Notes: generated from the sequence alone by a model not told the origin. Positions 37,750-47,973 are shown, counted from the stretch's first letter. The stretch is 64,000 bases of DNA from Alkalispirochaeta sp. (GCA_965601925.1 OZ271854.1:4672001-4736000), one strand, 5' to 3'. Made by a program: numbers and translations.

Positions 37750-40210
37750 ATCCCTCGCCACTCAATCGCGACAAAAAGTCTCCCACCTCCTCGATCAGTT
37801 CCTCCCCCGAGGCGGTAAAAGGACGCGCCGGCGGCAGGCTGTTCCAGAAGACCCGCCCGTAGCTCTTGCGGATCATACGCGCATCGGCCACGACCACCGC
37901 GCCGTAGTCCTCACTGCGCCGCATCAGACGGCCGAATCCCTGTTTGAGTCGCATCACCGCTTGCGGCAGACTGAACTCCGCAAATGCGTTCCCGCCCGCT
38001 TGCTCGACCGCCTCGGAACGGGCGAGTTGAACGGGATCGGTCGGCACTCGAAAGGGGAGACGACACAGCACGACGAGACGCAAGGTCTCCCCGGGGAGGT
38101 CGATGCCCTCCCAAAAGCTATCGGTCGCGAACAGCACGCTCGCGATATCGGCACGAAATGACTCCAAGAGTCGCGCACGATCGTCGGTACCCTGGCGATA
38201 GCAGGAAAACCCGCGCTGTTCGAGCCCGGGAGCGATGACGCCGTAAATCTCCTGTAATTGGCGATACGAGGTAAACAGCACCAACGCTCCGCCCCCGGCC
38301 GCGTTCACCAAGCGCGGTATGAGAATCTCCAAATAGCGGTTGTAGTACGATTCCGTCGGCCCCGGCGCATCGGTCGGTACCGCAAGCATCACCCTCGAGG
38401 CGTAGTCGAACGGCGAGGCGAACCGCCCGGTACGGACGTCGTTCATCGACGGAAAGAGGCCGAGCCTCGCGCCCCAAAACTGAAAATCGTCGTTTATCGT
38501 CAGGGTCGCGCTCGTCATCACGATCGTTTCGTAGCGCTCAAAGACCGACTCCCGCATAAGGGGTCGAATATCGAGAGGGGTCGCATGGAGCGTCACGTAG
38601 GCGTTTCGCCGCCCGTCGAGACGCCGCTCCATCCACAGCACCATCTCATCGTCGGGCTCGGCGCGGGCAAATCGTTCGATCGCCGAAGCTATCGTCTCGA
38701 GCCGTCGTATGTACGCACCGAGCTCAAAAAAAACACCCTCTTCGCGAAACCGCTCTTCCACCGATCCGGCGATCTCCGCGAGTCGTGAAGCGAGCTCGAC
38801 AAGCGCGCCTCGCGCGTCAAAAAGCGCAACGCCGGCTCGGGAGCGAAGCTCTTCCGCCGTAGCATCCGTCAGGCGCCACGACGTCTCGTCTGCCAGGAAA
38901 GCGGAAAGCGCCTTATTGAGATCTTCGGCGATACTGCGCATGCGCTCCACGGCCGCCTCGGCTTTTTCGAGCGCCCCCTGTTCCGCGACGATCGCCGACA
39001 ACCGATCCATCAGACCGAATCGGCGCGCTCCGCGCTTTCTCAAGAGCCGTCCCGCCTGCCGAACGAGCCCCCAATAGCTCACCGATTCTGAAAAGAACGA
39101 GGTGGCGGCGCGTTCGAGATTGTGCGCCTCGTCGAAGATCAGCCGCTGGAAGGGGGGCAAAATGGCCGTCGCGTCCCAGCCCGCACCGGCCCTCCGCACG
39201 GCGAGGTCACTGAATACCAAGTGGTGGTTCGCAACGAGAATCTGCGCCCCCGCGGCGCGACGACGGGCGCGTAGAATGAAGCATCTCTCACGGTTGGGGC
39301 AACGCGAGACGGCGCACATGTCGGCCTCGCTGTTGACTCTCCCCCACTGCTCATCGGACAGGTGAAACGGCAGGTCGTTTCGGGAACCCGTGGGACTCGT
39401 ATCGGCCCATTCGGCGACGGCGCGAACCGACTCCCACTCCTCAAAGAGCGTCTCTCCCTCCGCAAACTCTTCCAACTGTTCGGCGAGGCGTCGCCGACAG
39501 AGGTAGTTACCGCGCCCCTTCACCAGCGCGACGGTGACGTCGGTACCGAGCGCGCGCTGTACCGTCGGTACGTCCTGGTCGACCAGCTGCTGCTGCAAAT
39601 TGATCGTCGCCGTTGCAATGACTACGCGCTCCCGGTTCTGCGCCGCCCACGCGACGGCCGGAATGAGATAGGCAAACGACTTCCCGACGCCCGTTCCCGC
39701 CTCGGCGACGGCGATCCCCGTCTCATTGAACGCCGCAGCGATCATGCGCGTCATCGCCACTTGGGACGGCCGTTCGCGAAACCCGTCGAGAAGACGCGCA
39801 ACTTCACCACCGTCTTCTAAGGCGCCCGCGAGTCGATCGATGTCGAGGTACGACACCTCCTCGGCGGGGAAGGGTTCGACCAGTACGTACATGTCCTCGA
39901 CGTCATTATCGACGATGGCGGAAGCGATTCCCATTTCGGCCAGGCGAGCCGAGACGGCGACATCGGCCTCGCTGGGACGCAGTACGCCGGACGGATGGTT
40001 GTGAATGACGAGGTCGCCGCGCTCACACAACTCCATCGGTGCGGCCACGGCCGACTCGCCGCCGCGGGCGTAGACTTCCACCGCGTACACCATCGTGTTG
40101 CGATCTACATGTCCGACGAAGAGCACCTCTTGTCCCTCCGCGCGTGCGATCTCCCGACGCATGAGGAGTCGCACGTCCTCTTCGATACGCTCCCGTGCTT
40201 TGATGCTCAC
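37748..40210 (-). CDS. dinG: DinG/YoaA-family Fe-S helicase with N-terminal JAB/MPN-like domain
   Basis: 'EAGTGVGKS', four Cys ('YLC..MC..RC..RC'), 'DEAH', 'FWEGID', 'QGFGRLMR'; N-terminal 'HNHPSG..PSEAD'. Confidence 0.9.
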   Translation of the reverse strand: MSIKARERIEEDVRLLMRREIARAEGQEVLFVGHVDRNTMVYAVEVYARGGESAVAAPMELCERGDLVIHNHPSGVLRPSEADVAVSARLAEMGIASAIVDNDVEDMYVLVEPFPAEEVSYLDIDRLAGALEDGGEVARLLDGFRERPSQVAMTRMIAAAFNETGIAVAEAGTGVGKSFAYLIPAVAWAAQNRERVVIATATINLQQQLVDQDVPTVQRALGTDVTVALVKGRGNYLCRRRLAEQLEEFAEGETLFEEWESVRAVAEWADTSPTGSRNDLPFHLSDEQWGRVNSEADMCAVSRCPNRERCFILRARRRAAGAQILVANHHLVFSDLAVRRAGAGWDATAILPPFQRLIFDEAHNLERAATSFFSESVSYWGLVRQAGRLLRKRGARRFGLMDRLSAIVAEQGALEKAEAAVERMRSIAEDLNKALSAFLADETSWRLTDATAEELRSRAGVALFDARGALVELASRLAEIAGSVEERFREEGVFFELGAYIRRLETIASAIERFARAEPDDEMVLWMERRLDGRRNAYVTLHATPLDIRPLMRESVFERYETIVMTSATLTINDDFQFWGARLGLFPSMNDVRTGRFASPFDYASRVMLAVPTDAPGPTESYYNRYLEILIPRLVNAAGGGALVLFTSYRQLQEIYGVIAPGLEQRGFSCYRQGTDDRARLLESFRADIASVLFATDSFWEGIDLPGETLRLVVLCRLPFRVPTDPVQLARSEAVEQAGGNAFAEFSLPQAVMRLKQGFGRLMRRSEDYGAVVVADARMIRKSYGRVFWNSLPPARPFTASGEELIEEVGDFLSRLSGEG

Positions 40211-40243
40211 TATCGTGCGAATGTATCACTAATGGATAATATG

Positions 40244-40272
40244 TTGACAGGCGGTGGCGGCTCATCTAACCT
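40244..40272 (+). promoter_or_regulatory. Promoter (probably leaderless) of asd-lysC
   Basis: TTGACA-N17-TAACCT-N8-ATG 40281; no SD. Confidence 0.7.
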
Positions 40273-40280
40273 TCGCGGTT

Positions 40281-41333
40281 ATGGACCGAATACCAGTCGC
40301 CGTCCTCGGTGCTACCGGCACCGTCGGGCAAAAGTTCGTCACTCTTTTGGAGGATCATCCGCAGTTCGAGGTCGTGGAGTTGGTCGCAAGCCCCAGAAGC
40401 GCGGGAAAGACGTACCGCGAAGCGTGTGCTTGGAAACAAGACAAGCCGATGAACGAGACGGTAGCGGGAGTCACGGTCGCGTCAACGGAAGCACCGTTGC
40501 GGTCACGCCTTCTGTTTTCCGGACTGGACAGCAGCGTCGCCGGGGAGGTCGAGGAGCAATACGCGCGCTCAGGTCACGTCGTGATCAGTAACTCGCGTAA
40601 CCATCGCATGGATCGATCGGTGCCGCTGATCATACCGGAGATCAACGCAGACCATTTCGCGCTCATCGACCATCAACCGTACAGCGGCGCGATCATCACC
40701 AACTCGAACTGTTCGACGATGTTTTTGGCCATGGTCCTCGCGCCGCTCGAGGAGCGGTGGGGTGTCGAATGGGTCCAGGTAACGACCATGCAGGCGATAA
40801 GCGGCGCAGGCTACCCCGGCGTCGCATCGCTGGATATCCTCGGCAATATCGTCCCGTACATTCCCGGTGAGGAAGAAAAGATGGCGGTCGAGGCGCAAAA
40901 GATCCTCGGCTCTCGGGTAGAGGATCGTATCGAACCGGCGACGTTTATCGTGAGCGCTGCGTGTAACCGCGTGCCCGTTTTCGACGGCCACACCGAGGCG
41001 ATTACGGTGCGCCTGCGTGAGGGCGTTCGTCCCCCGGTCGCCGAGATCGAATCCACACTGGCGGAATGGCGCGGTATGCCGCAGAAGAGGCATCTCCACT
41101 CGGCGCCGGATGCGCCGATCATCGTCTCCCCTGAACCGGACCACCCCCAACCGGCCCGCGATCTGTGGCTTAACGGCGGTATGTCGACGGTCGTCGGTCG
41201 TATTCGGCACGATACGATCGGCAGTGTGAAGATGGTAATCATGGGTCACAACACGATTCGCGGCGCCGCGGGCGCGGCGATTCTCAACGCCGAGGCGTTT
41301 CACGCCCTCGGTTATTACGATCGGTTTTCCTGA
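40281..41333 (+). CDS. asd: Aspartate-semialdehyde dehydrogenase
   Basis: 'LGATGTVGQ', catalytic 'NSNCST', 'QAISGAGYPG', 'HNTIRGAAG'. Confidence 0.95.
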   Translation: MDRIPVAVLGATGTVGQKFVTLLEDHPQFEVVELVASPRSAGKTYREACAWKQDKPMNETVAGVTVASTEAPLRSRLLFSGLDSSVAGEVEEQYARSGHVVISNSRNHRMDRSVPLIIPEINADHFALIDHQPYSGAIITNSNCSTMFLAMVLAPLEERWGVEWVQVTTMQAISGAGYPGVASLDILGNIVPYIPGEEEKMAVEAQKILGSRVEDRIEPATFIVSAACNRVPVFDGHTEAITVRLREGVRPPVAEIESTLAEWRGMPQKRHLHSAPDAPIIVSPEPDHPQPARDLWLNGGMSTVVGRIRHDTIGSVKMVIMGHNTIRGAAGAAILNAEAFHALGYYDRFS

Positions 41334-42700
41334 TGGTCGTCCTCAAGTTCGGCGGGACGAGCGTGCGCGACGCCGAGTGGATCGGACGCGCACTCGACAT
41401 CGCATCGTCTCGTCTTACGGAGGCGGCGGTCATGGTCAGCTCCGCCATGGGCAAAACTACCGATCACCTCGTAGCGCTCGGAAAATCGGCACAACGGGGT
41501 GCAAGCGAGGAGGTCGACGCCGGCCGTTGTTCAATCGAAAGCTCCCATCGAGACACCCTACAGACGCTCACACCGGGGCTCTCGGACTCCCGACGCAGCT
41601 GGTGGCGCGCCCGGCTCGACGAATGCCTGGACGAACTGGAGGCGTTGCTCCGCGGCGTCCTTCTTATTCGTGACGTGAGTCCGCGTTCGTCCGACGCACT
41701 TCTCTCTTTCGGCGAGCGCTTATCGACGATCGTAATCGCCGCCGCCGCCGAAGCGCGCGATATCCCGACGACACTCCTTGACAGTCGCCGGTTAGTGCAT
41801 ACCGACGATGGGTACGGCTCGGCGCGCCCCGATTTCGACAAGACGCGTGACGCAATCGTCGAGGCGGTCCCCAAAAGACCGGGCCTGCTGTACATCGCCC
41901 AAGGATTTCTCGGCTCGACCGGGGACGGTATTACTACCACACTCGGCCGCGGAGGCTCGGATTTTTCCGCCACCATTTTCGGAGCATCCCTGGACGCCGA
42001 TCGCGTTGAAATCTGGACCGATGTGGACGGCATCATGACCGCCGATCCGCGTCTGATACCGCACGCGCGCACCATTCCGGAGGTGAGTTACGGCGAGGCG
42101 GCGGAGTTGGCGTACTTCGGCGCACGCGTCATACACCCCGCGACGATGGTGCCGGCGGTGGAACGCAAGATCCCCCTCATCGTTTGCAATACCGCCGATC
42201 CCGCGGGGCCGCAGACGCGAATCGTTGCGCGGCCCGAGACGACCGGTTTGCGCGCCGTCGCCGGGCGTACGGGTGTCACGATCATCACCGTGCACTCGAG
42301 CCGCATGCTCAACGCGTGGGGGTTCTTGAGCCGAATGTTCCGCGTATTCGAGAATCACCGGGTAAGCGTCGACTTAATCGCGACGAGCGAGGTTTCCGTC
42401 TCGGTGTCGGTCGACGTTCCGACGCCCCCTTCGGCCATGATCTCCGAGTTGGCGGAGCTGGGGCGCGTAACGATCGACTCCGACAAGGCCGTGGTATCGT
42501 TGGTGGGCGAACGGCTATGGCGCGATCCCGCACTGATTCGCGACGTGTTCGAGTCGGTTTCACGCACCGACGGCCCCCACGTCGAGATGGTCAGCCTCGG
42601 CTCGTCGGATACCAATCTCTCACTCGTCGTACCGCACCATATGTATAAACCGGTGATACGACAGTTGCACCAACGGTTTTTCGACTTCTCAGCGCGATAG
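41333..42700 (+). CDS. lysC: Aspartate kinase with ACT domains
   Basis: 'LKFGGTSV', 'SFGERLS', 'TLGRGGSDFSA', 'WTDVDG..TADPR'; TGATG overlap with asd. Confidence 0.94.
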   Translation: MVVLKFGGTSVRDAEWIGRALDIASSRLTEAAVMVSSAMGKTTDHLVALGKSAQRGASEEVDAGRCSIESSHRDTLQTLTPGLSDSRRSWWRARLDECLDELEALLRGVLLIRDVSPRSSDALLSFGERLSTIVIAAAAEARDIPTTLLDSRRLVHTDDGYGSARPDFDKTRDAIVEAVPKRPGLLYIAQGFLGSTGDGITTTLGRGGSDFSATIFGASLDADRVEIWTDVDGIMTADPRLIPHARTIPEVSYGEAAELAYFGARVIHPATMVPAVERKIPLIVCNTADPAGPQTRIVARPETTGLRAVAGRTGVTIITVHSSRMLNAWGFLSRMFRVFENHRVSVDLIATSEVSVSVSVDVPTPPSAMISELAELGRVTIDSDKAVVSLVGERLWRDPALIRDVFESVSRTDGPHVEMVSLGSSDTNLSLVVPHHMYKPVIRQLHQRFFDFSAR

Positions 42701-42755
42701 ATTTCGGCTACTGTATACGTTCCACGGTAACGTCGTGCGGGGTGCGGTTTTGAGT

Positions 42756-43139
42756 ATGGATCTGTGGTATAAACTGGATACGATAGTACGTTCCTGGGTC
42801 GCGGAGACGAAATCGGATCCGACGGTGGAACCCGAAGCGTGGGCTGAACTAGAATCATTTTTGCGCCGAGAATTCGACTTCGGCAAAGCCGGCCAAACGG
42901 GAGCACAGTCCGGGCGCGCATACGCACCGCTACCGACGGATGTGCGCCAAGCGTTTCTTGATCTCGAGATCGAACCGGGGGCGAGTATACAAGAAGCGCG
43001 GAAGGCGTATCGGCGCCTTTTGGTGCAGTACCATCCGGATCGGCACAACGCGGACCCCGATCGGTACGACACCGCCGTGGAGATTACAAAAAGGCTGACC
43101 CTGGCATACCAGCGTATCTGCGTATACCATGGTAGTTGA
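42756..43139 (+). CDS. Small protein with C-terminal J-domain
   Basis: 'LEIEPGAS..EARKAYRRLLVQYHPDRH' HPD motif. Confidence 0.85.
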   Translation: MDLWYKLDTIVRSWVAETKSDPTVEPEAWAELESFLRREFDFGKAGQTGAQSGRAYAPLPTDVRQAFLDLEIEPGASIQEARKAYRRLLVQYHPDRHNADPDRYDTAVEITKRLTLAYQRICVYHGS

Positions 43140-43151
43140 AGGAGGACCGGT

Positions 43152-44210
43152 ATTACAGCTCGCATCGCCGCAGTGAGTCTTACGGCTTTTCTGCTCAACG
43201 CTCTTCTAACGCCGGTGATACTGCACTTCTCGCACCGCTTCAAATGGTACGATGACCACAACTCCCGAAAAATACATACCGAAGCGACGCCGCGCATAGG
43301 TGGTATCGGCATCTTCATCGCATTCGTCGTTGCTTCGACGTTGGGGCTCGTCATGCTCCGGGACGCCGTCGCCCAATGGCCGCCCGCCCCGTCGATCCTG
43401 ATGTTGTTGGCGGGTCTCGCCTTAATACACGGTTTGGGTGTGTATGACGACTTCGTCAACCTGCCGGCAATCATCAAGTTCGTGGTTCAACTCGTGGCCG
43501 GCGGTCTCGTTGCCCTCTCCGGAGCGGTGCTCCGGGTGATAGAGTTGCCGATGGTTGGTACCATTACCCTCCCGAGCTGGCTGGCCGTTATCGCCACCGC
43601 CCTTTGGGTCGTCTCGATCGCGAACGCGGTCAACCTCATCGACGGCGCGGACGGTTTGGCGGGCGGGGTCTCGCTCTTCGTGGCCCTCTTCATGGGGTTG
43701 ATCGCCGCGGGGCAAGGCAACGTCGCCACCGCGATATTCGCCTTTGCGTTAGTGGGGAGTCTCGCCGGGTTTCTCCTGTTTAACTTTCCGCCGGCACGAA
43801 TATTCATGGGCGACGGCGGATCACTGACGCTCGGCTACCTTCTGGCGGTACTCCCCCTACTCGGCCTGCGGGGTGGGGAGCTCGGCACGACGCCGATCGC
43901 CATATTTCCGGTATTGACGCTCCTGTACGTCCCGATCGTCGATACGATTCTGGCGATCACCAGGCGAGCATTCCGTGGCCTCCCTCTGCACGCGGCGGAC
44001 AAGGAGCACATTCACCACCGTCTCATCGACCGTGGGTTCTACGGACGTCGTTTGCTGGCGGTCGTATATAGCGGGATGATTATTCTCGGCTTTACCGCGA
44101 TGGCGTGGTTCGTCGTTCCGCTCAGAATGGGTACGCTGATAACCCTCACGGTGTGGGTCGTCGCATTTGTATCGATCGCTCTCATCGACGGAAAGATGCG
44201 CCGCTCCTGA
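43152..44210 (+). CDS. WecA/TagO-type polyprenyl-phosphate HexNAc-1-P transferase; start ATT 43152 or GTG 43173
   Basis: 'RKIH..TPRIGG', 'GVYDD', 'NAVNLIDGADGLA', 'IFMGDGGS', 'DKEHIHHRL'. Confidence 0.92.
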   Translation: MTARIAAVSLTAFLLNALLTPVILHFSHRFKWYDDHNSRKIHTEATPRIGGIGIFIAFVVASTLGLVMLRDAVAQWPPAPSILMLLAGLALIHGLGVYDDFVNLPAIIKFVVQLVAGGLVALSGAVLRVIELPMVGTITLPSWLAVIATALWVVSIANAVNLIDGADGLAGGVSLFVALFMGLIAAGQGNVATAIFAFALVGSLAGFLLFNFPPARIFMGDGGSLTLGYLLAVLPLLGLRGGELGTTPIAIFPVLTLLYVPIVDTILAITRRAFRGLPLHAADKEHIHHRLIDRGFYGRRLLAVVYSGMIILGFTAMAWFVVPLRMGTLITLTVWVVAFVSIALIDGKMRRS

Positions 44211-44228
44211 TCGGTCGCCAAGAGAGAT

Positions 44229-45578
44229 CTACTCGAGGCCGTATTCCACGATCTTGCGATGGAGCGTTTTACGACCGATGCCGAGCAGCTCGGCCGTTCG
44301 TGTTTTGTTTCCGTTCTGCGCCGCCAACGTGGAGCGAATGATCTCGCGCTCCGCCTCGTCGAGAGTGCTTCCCAGCGTGATTTTGATCGAATCGCTCTCG
44401 TCGGCGCCTCGATTGATCGAGGGCGGCAAGTCTTCGAGGGTAATGATCGTACCCTTGGCCATAACCACCGCACTCTCGACCGTATTGCGGAGTTCCCGCA
44501 CGTTTCCGGGCCAATGATACTTGTGCAGAGCGGCGCGCGCACGCGCGTCGATACCCTCTACCGGCTTATTGTTCTCCTTCGCAAACTCTTTTATGAATGA
44601 GGCGATCAAGAGCGGAATGTCTTCTTTGCGGTCGCGCAGAGGAGGAACGTGAATGTTGACGACATTGAGGCGATAAAAGAGGTCCTCGCGAAAGCGCCCC
44701 TCCTCAATTTCGGTGCGTAGATCGCGATTCGTAGCCGAGACGATTCTGACATCGACCGAAAGCGTCTCTTCGCCCCCCACACGCTCGAACTGCTTCTCTT
44801 GTATGACCCGTAGAATTTTGATTTGCACGCTCTGATTGATCTCTCCGATCTCATCGAGAAAGATCGTACCCGTATTCGCAAGCTCAAATCGCCCCCGTTT
44901 TCGGCCGATCGCACCGGTAAAGGCACCCTTCTCGTGGCCGAAAAGCTCGCTTTCCAGAAGGGCTTCCGAGAGGGCGGCGCAATGCACCTTGACCAGAGGC
45001 TTATCGGGACGATCGGAGAGGCGGTGAATCGAGTCGGCGATGAGTTCTTTCCCGACGCCGCTCTCCCCAGTAATGAGGACCGACGCCTTGGTGGAGGCCA
45101 CCTGTCTGACGACCTCCATGACCCGGTGCATCTCGGCACTCTTCCCGACGATGACCGACGCCTGGCGGTGGCTGTCCAACTCGTGCTGCAACTGCCGGTG
45201 TTGCAGCACGAGTTCCCGCGTCGAGAGGGCTCGCTTGGCCAAAAGAGAGAGTCGATCGAGCGAGACCGGCTTGGTGAGAAAATCGTACGCGCCGCTTCTC
45301 ATCGCCTCTACCGCGGTCTCGATCGTGCCGTGGCCGGTGAGAATGATGACCGGTACCGTCGGGTACTGATCCACGACACGGCGCAGGAGCTCTTCGCCGG
45401 ATATCCTGGGCATTTTGAGATCGGCGATCACCAAGTCGATCTCCTCGTCGCGCATTACGTTCAACGCCTCTTGGCCGTCGGCGGCCAGGAACGCGCGATA
45501 TCCGTCGAGCTCCAGTGCACGCGCGAGACCGGAGCGAATGTTTTTCTCATCGTCGACGATCAGCACATTGAATGTCAT
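44229..45578 (-). CDS. Sigma54-dependent response regulator (REC-AAA+-Fis HTH), Rrp2/NtrC-like
   Basis: 'LIVDDE', 'IADLKMP', 'GESGVGKE', intact 'GAFTGA', 'WPGNVREL', 'GNKTRTAELLGIGRKTL'. Confidence 0.95.
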   Translation of the reverse strand: MTFNVLIVDDEKNIRSGLARALELDGYRAFLAADGQEALNVMRDEEIDLVIADLKMPRISGEELLRRVVDQYPTVPVIILTGHGTIETAVEAMRSGAYDFLTKPVSLDRLSLLAKRALSTRELVLQHRQLQHELDSHRQASVIVGKSAEMHRVMEVVRQVASTKASVLITGESGVGKELIADSIHRLSDRPDKPLVKVHCAALSEALLESELFGHEKGAFTGAIGRKRGRFELANTGTIFLDEIGEINQSVQIKILRVIQEKQFERVGGEETLSVDVRIVSATNRDLRTEIEEGRFREDLFYRLNVVNIHVPPLRDRKEDIPLLIASFIKEFAKENNKPVEGIDARARAALHKYHWPGNVRELRNTVESAVVMAKGTIITLEDLPPSINRGADESDSIKITLGSTLDEAEREIIRSTLAAQNGNKTRTAELLGIGRKTLHRKIVEYGLE

Positions 45579-46750
45579 GACGTCGGTGAGTCCTCCCACC
45601 CGATGAGATGCTTCTCCCGTTGCGGAAGCGGCAGGGTGATGGTGAAGGTCGTACCGTGCCCCTCTTTGGAAATCACCGAAATATCGCCCATATGTTCCTT
45701 AATCACCTTGTAAACCAACGTCAGACCGATGCCGCTTCCGAAATCCTTGGTCGTGAAATAGGGCTCGAAAATCTTGTCCCGTACATCGTCGCTCATTCCG
45801 ATCCCGTTGTCGCTGATACGTAACAGCGCCTGGTCTCCCCGCACCTGGGTGCTCACACGGAGCATACCCCCCTCCGGCATGGCCGAGATCGCATTCTTGA
45901 CGAGATTCATAAGCGCCTGTTTGAGATATTTAGGATCGATTCTGAGGCGCGGGAGCCGCTCGTCCAAGTCTTTGACGAGTTCAATCTCGGCCTGTTCCAA
46001 CTCGTACTGCACGAAATTGAGTAAATCCTCGACGAGCACATTGAGGTGTCCGTCTTCCAAATGGGTATTCATGGGCCGCACGGCAAAGAGAAAATCGACG
46101 ACGATTTTGTTAAGCCGGTCGATCTCCTCATCGATTACCGATAAATAGCTCCGTATCGGCGAGGCGTGCTCCTCGTCGATGCGCGCGACCACCTTCTCGA
46201 TCAGCTGCGTGTGGATACCGATCGATCCGAGGGGATTTTTGATCTCGTGCGCTACACCCGCCGCCAACGTCGTGAGGCTCGCGAGGCTTTCCGCTCGCCG
46301 GAGGCGCGCCTCGCGTCCGCGCTTCTCGGAGATATCTACGATTTGCAAGATGCTCCCCCTGATATGACCGGCTTGAACCAGTGGGATGATACTGCACGAG
46401 AGGATACGGGTAGTTCCGCCGCTATCCAAAGCAAACTCGCGATCCGAGACGGACTCGTCGTTCTCCAATGTGTCGTGCACGAAGGCGGCGATATCCTCGT
46501 CGGCGATGACGCGCCATATCGGCCGGTCGCCTATAATGCGGCCCGGTACCAACGGAATGAGTCGTTCCGCCGCCTTGTTGACCAGCATCAATCGGTGAGA
46601 TTCATCGACGACGATGACGCCGTCGTTCATCGAATCGAGTACGACCGCGATGCGTTCGTTTTCCTCCGCAACGGTCGCCAGCAGCTGTTCGACCTGCTTA
46701 CTGTCGAGTTTCGGCAGCTTCGCAAGGGCCCGACGTACAAAGCCCCTCAC
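45575..46750 (-). CDS. Cytoplasmic PAS histidine kinase, Hk2-like
   Basis: No TM; PAS; 'GVAHEIKNPL', 'NLVKNA', 'DNGIG', 'GSGIGL'; coupled to the regulator. Confidence 0.93.
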   Translation of the reverse strand: MRGFVRRALAKLPKLDSKQVEQLLATVAEENERIAVVLDSMNDGVIVVDESHRLMLVNKAAERLIPLVPGRIIGDRPIWRVIADEDIAAFVHDTLENDESVSDREFALDSGGTTRILSCSIIPLVQAGHIRGSILQIVDISEKRGREARLRRAESLASLTTLAAGVAHEIKNPLGSIGIHTQLIEKVVARIDEEHASPIRSYLSVIDEEIDRLNKIVVDFLFAVRPMNTHLEDGHLNVLVEDLLNFVQYELEQAEIELVKDLDERLPRLRIDPKYLKQALMNLVKNAISAMPEGGMLRVSTQVRGDQALLRISDNGIGMSDDVRDKIFEPYFTTKDFGSGIGLTLVYKVIKEHMGDISVISKEGHGTTFTITLPLPQREKHLIGWEDSPTS

Positions 46751-47973
46751 CGACTACCTCCGCCGATCGCGGTTTCCGCCGTCCGTTTCATCGACAGTAC
46801 GAGGGACGCCAACACGGATTGAGGATTCATATTGCGCACGGCGATGCGGTCCCAATGAACTTGGATAAGCCGACTCCACGCCGTATATCGACGACGCCCC
46901 TCCTCATCGAGGGCCGGAAGCTCGCCGCGCAGCTCTTCCGACAGAGCATCGAGGTAGTACTCCGCTCCGGCACGGGGCTGGACGGAGGCCATCTGAGAAC
47001 GAAGCCCCGACTCGATGTCCGATATTGAGCCGTCGCCGTACACAACGCGCAGCGTCCGCTGAGCAAGGTCGCGCCACGACCGCTCCGCTGCGCCGCGGCG
47101 ACGAAAAAAGTCCTGTAGCCGCGAATGCTCCGGCTCCTCTACGCGGAAAATCCGCCGCTGTACATCTTCCTGCGTCGAGACTGGGCGCTCCGGAAGTGTA
47201 TAGACTCGCAAACGCGAGAGAAGTGTCGGAATAACGGCCGAACGCCGAGAAGAGGTAAGAATGAAGTAGACGTCCGTCGGGGGCTCCTCGAGCAGTTTGA
47301 GCATTGCGTTCCGCGATCCTTCCTGCAGAGTGTGTGCCTCCTCGAGGATGAGGACCTTTTTCCCCGCCGCGGCCGATAGGTGTGCCCACGAACCGACGGC
47401 ACGAACCAGATCGACCGGTACCGGATCGTGAGGAAGGTTTCGGCGCAAACGGTCGGTGCTGCGCGATATCTCCTCGGCGAAGATGCTCAGCGCCTTGCCC
47501 TCCAGATGTTCCCACGGCGCGTCGGATATCTCCGACGGCTCGACACGCGCGAGCACCTCCTCGATACCGTCGACGACCGGACGCGCCTTGGAGAGTCGCG
47601 CCTCGGGCCACAGGAACGGGTCGAAGCGCCGAATCAGCTTACGAACGGCGCGCACCAGAAGAAATGCGGTACCGGAGCGCCGTTCTCTCCGAAACGCGTC
47701 GAGAGCGGCGTCGATCTCAAGGTCGAAGTACCGCTCCCCGGCAAGCACCGTATCGTGATGTTGGAGGGTGCGTTGTAATCGACACGACTTACACGTGCAG
47801 TTCCAACGGCCCGTCTCACGACATGTGAGGCCGCGAGCAACCTCGAAAGCGACTGAGGACTTTCCGCCGTACTTCGCACCGGCGATGAGAATCGCCTGGG
47901 GCAACCGACCGGATCGTATGTCGTGTTCGAGATCGCGCGTAACGTGGTCGTGACCGAGAATGTTTTCAAACAT
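46747..47973 (-). CDS. holB: DNA polymerase III delta'-like protein
   Basis: 'MFENILGH', Zn motif 'C..CTCKSC', 'NAMLKLLEEPP', 'TLLSR'. Confidence 0.8.
   Translation of the reverse strand: MFENILGHDHVTRDLEHDIRSGRLPQAILIAGAKYGGKSSVAFEVARGLTCRETGRWNCTCKSCRLQRTLQHHDTVLAGERYFDLEIDAALDAFRRERRSGTAFLLVRAVRKLIRRFDPFLWPEARLSKARPVVDGIEEVLARVEPSEISDAPWEHLEGKALSIFAEEISRSTDRLRRNLPHDPVPVDLVRAVGSWAHLSAAAGKKVLILEEAHTLQEGSRNAMLKLLEEPPTDVYFILTSSRRSAVIPTLLSRLRVYTLPERPVSTQEDVQRRIFRVEEPEHSRLQDFFRRRGAAERSWRDLAQRTLRVVYGDGSISDIESGLRSQMASVQPRAGAEYYLDALSEELRGELPALDEEGRRRYTAWSRLIQVHWDRIAVRNMNPQSVLASLVLSMKRTAETAIGGGSR

Noticed and set aside
37748..40210. DinG as a type IV CRISPR CasDinG
   Set aside because: No cas genes or repeat-spacer array; housekeeping context
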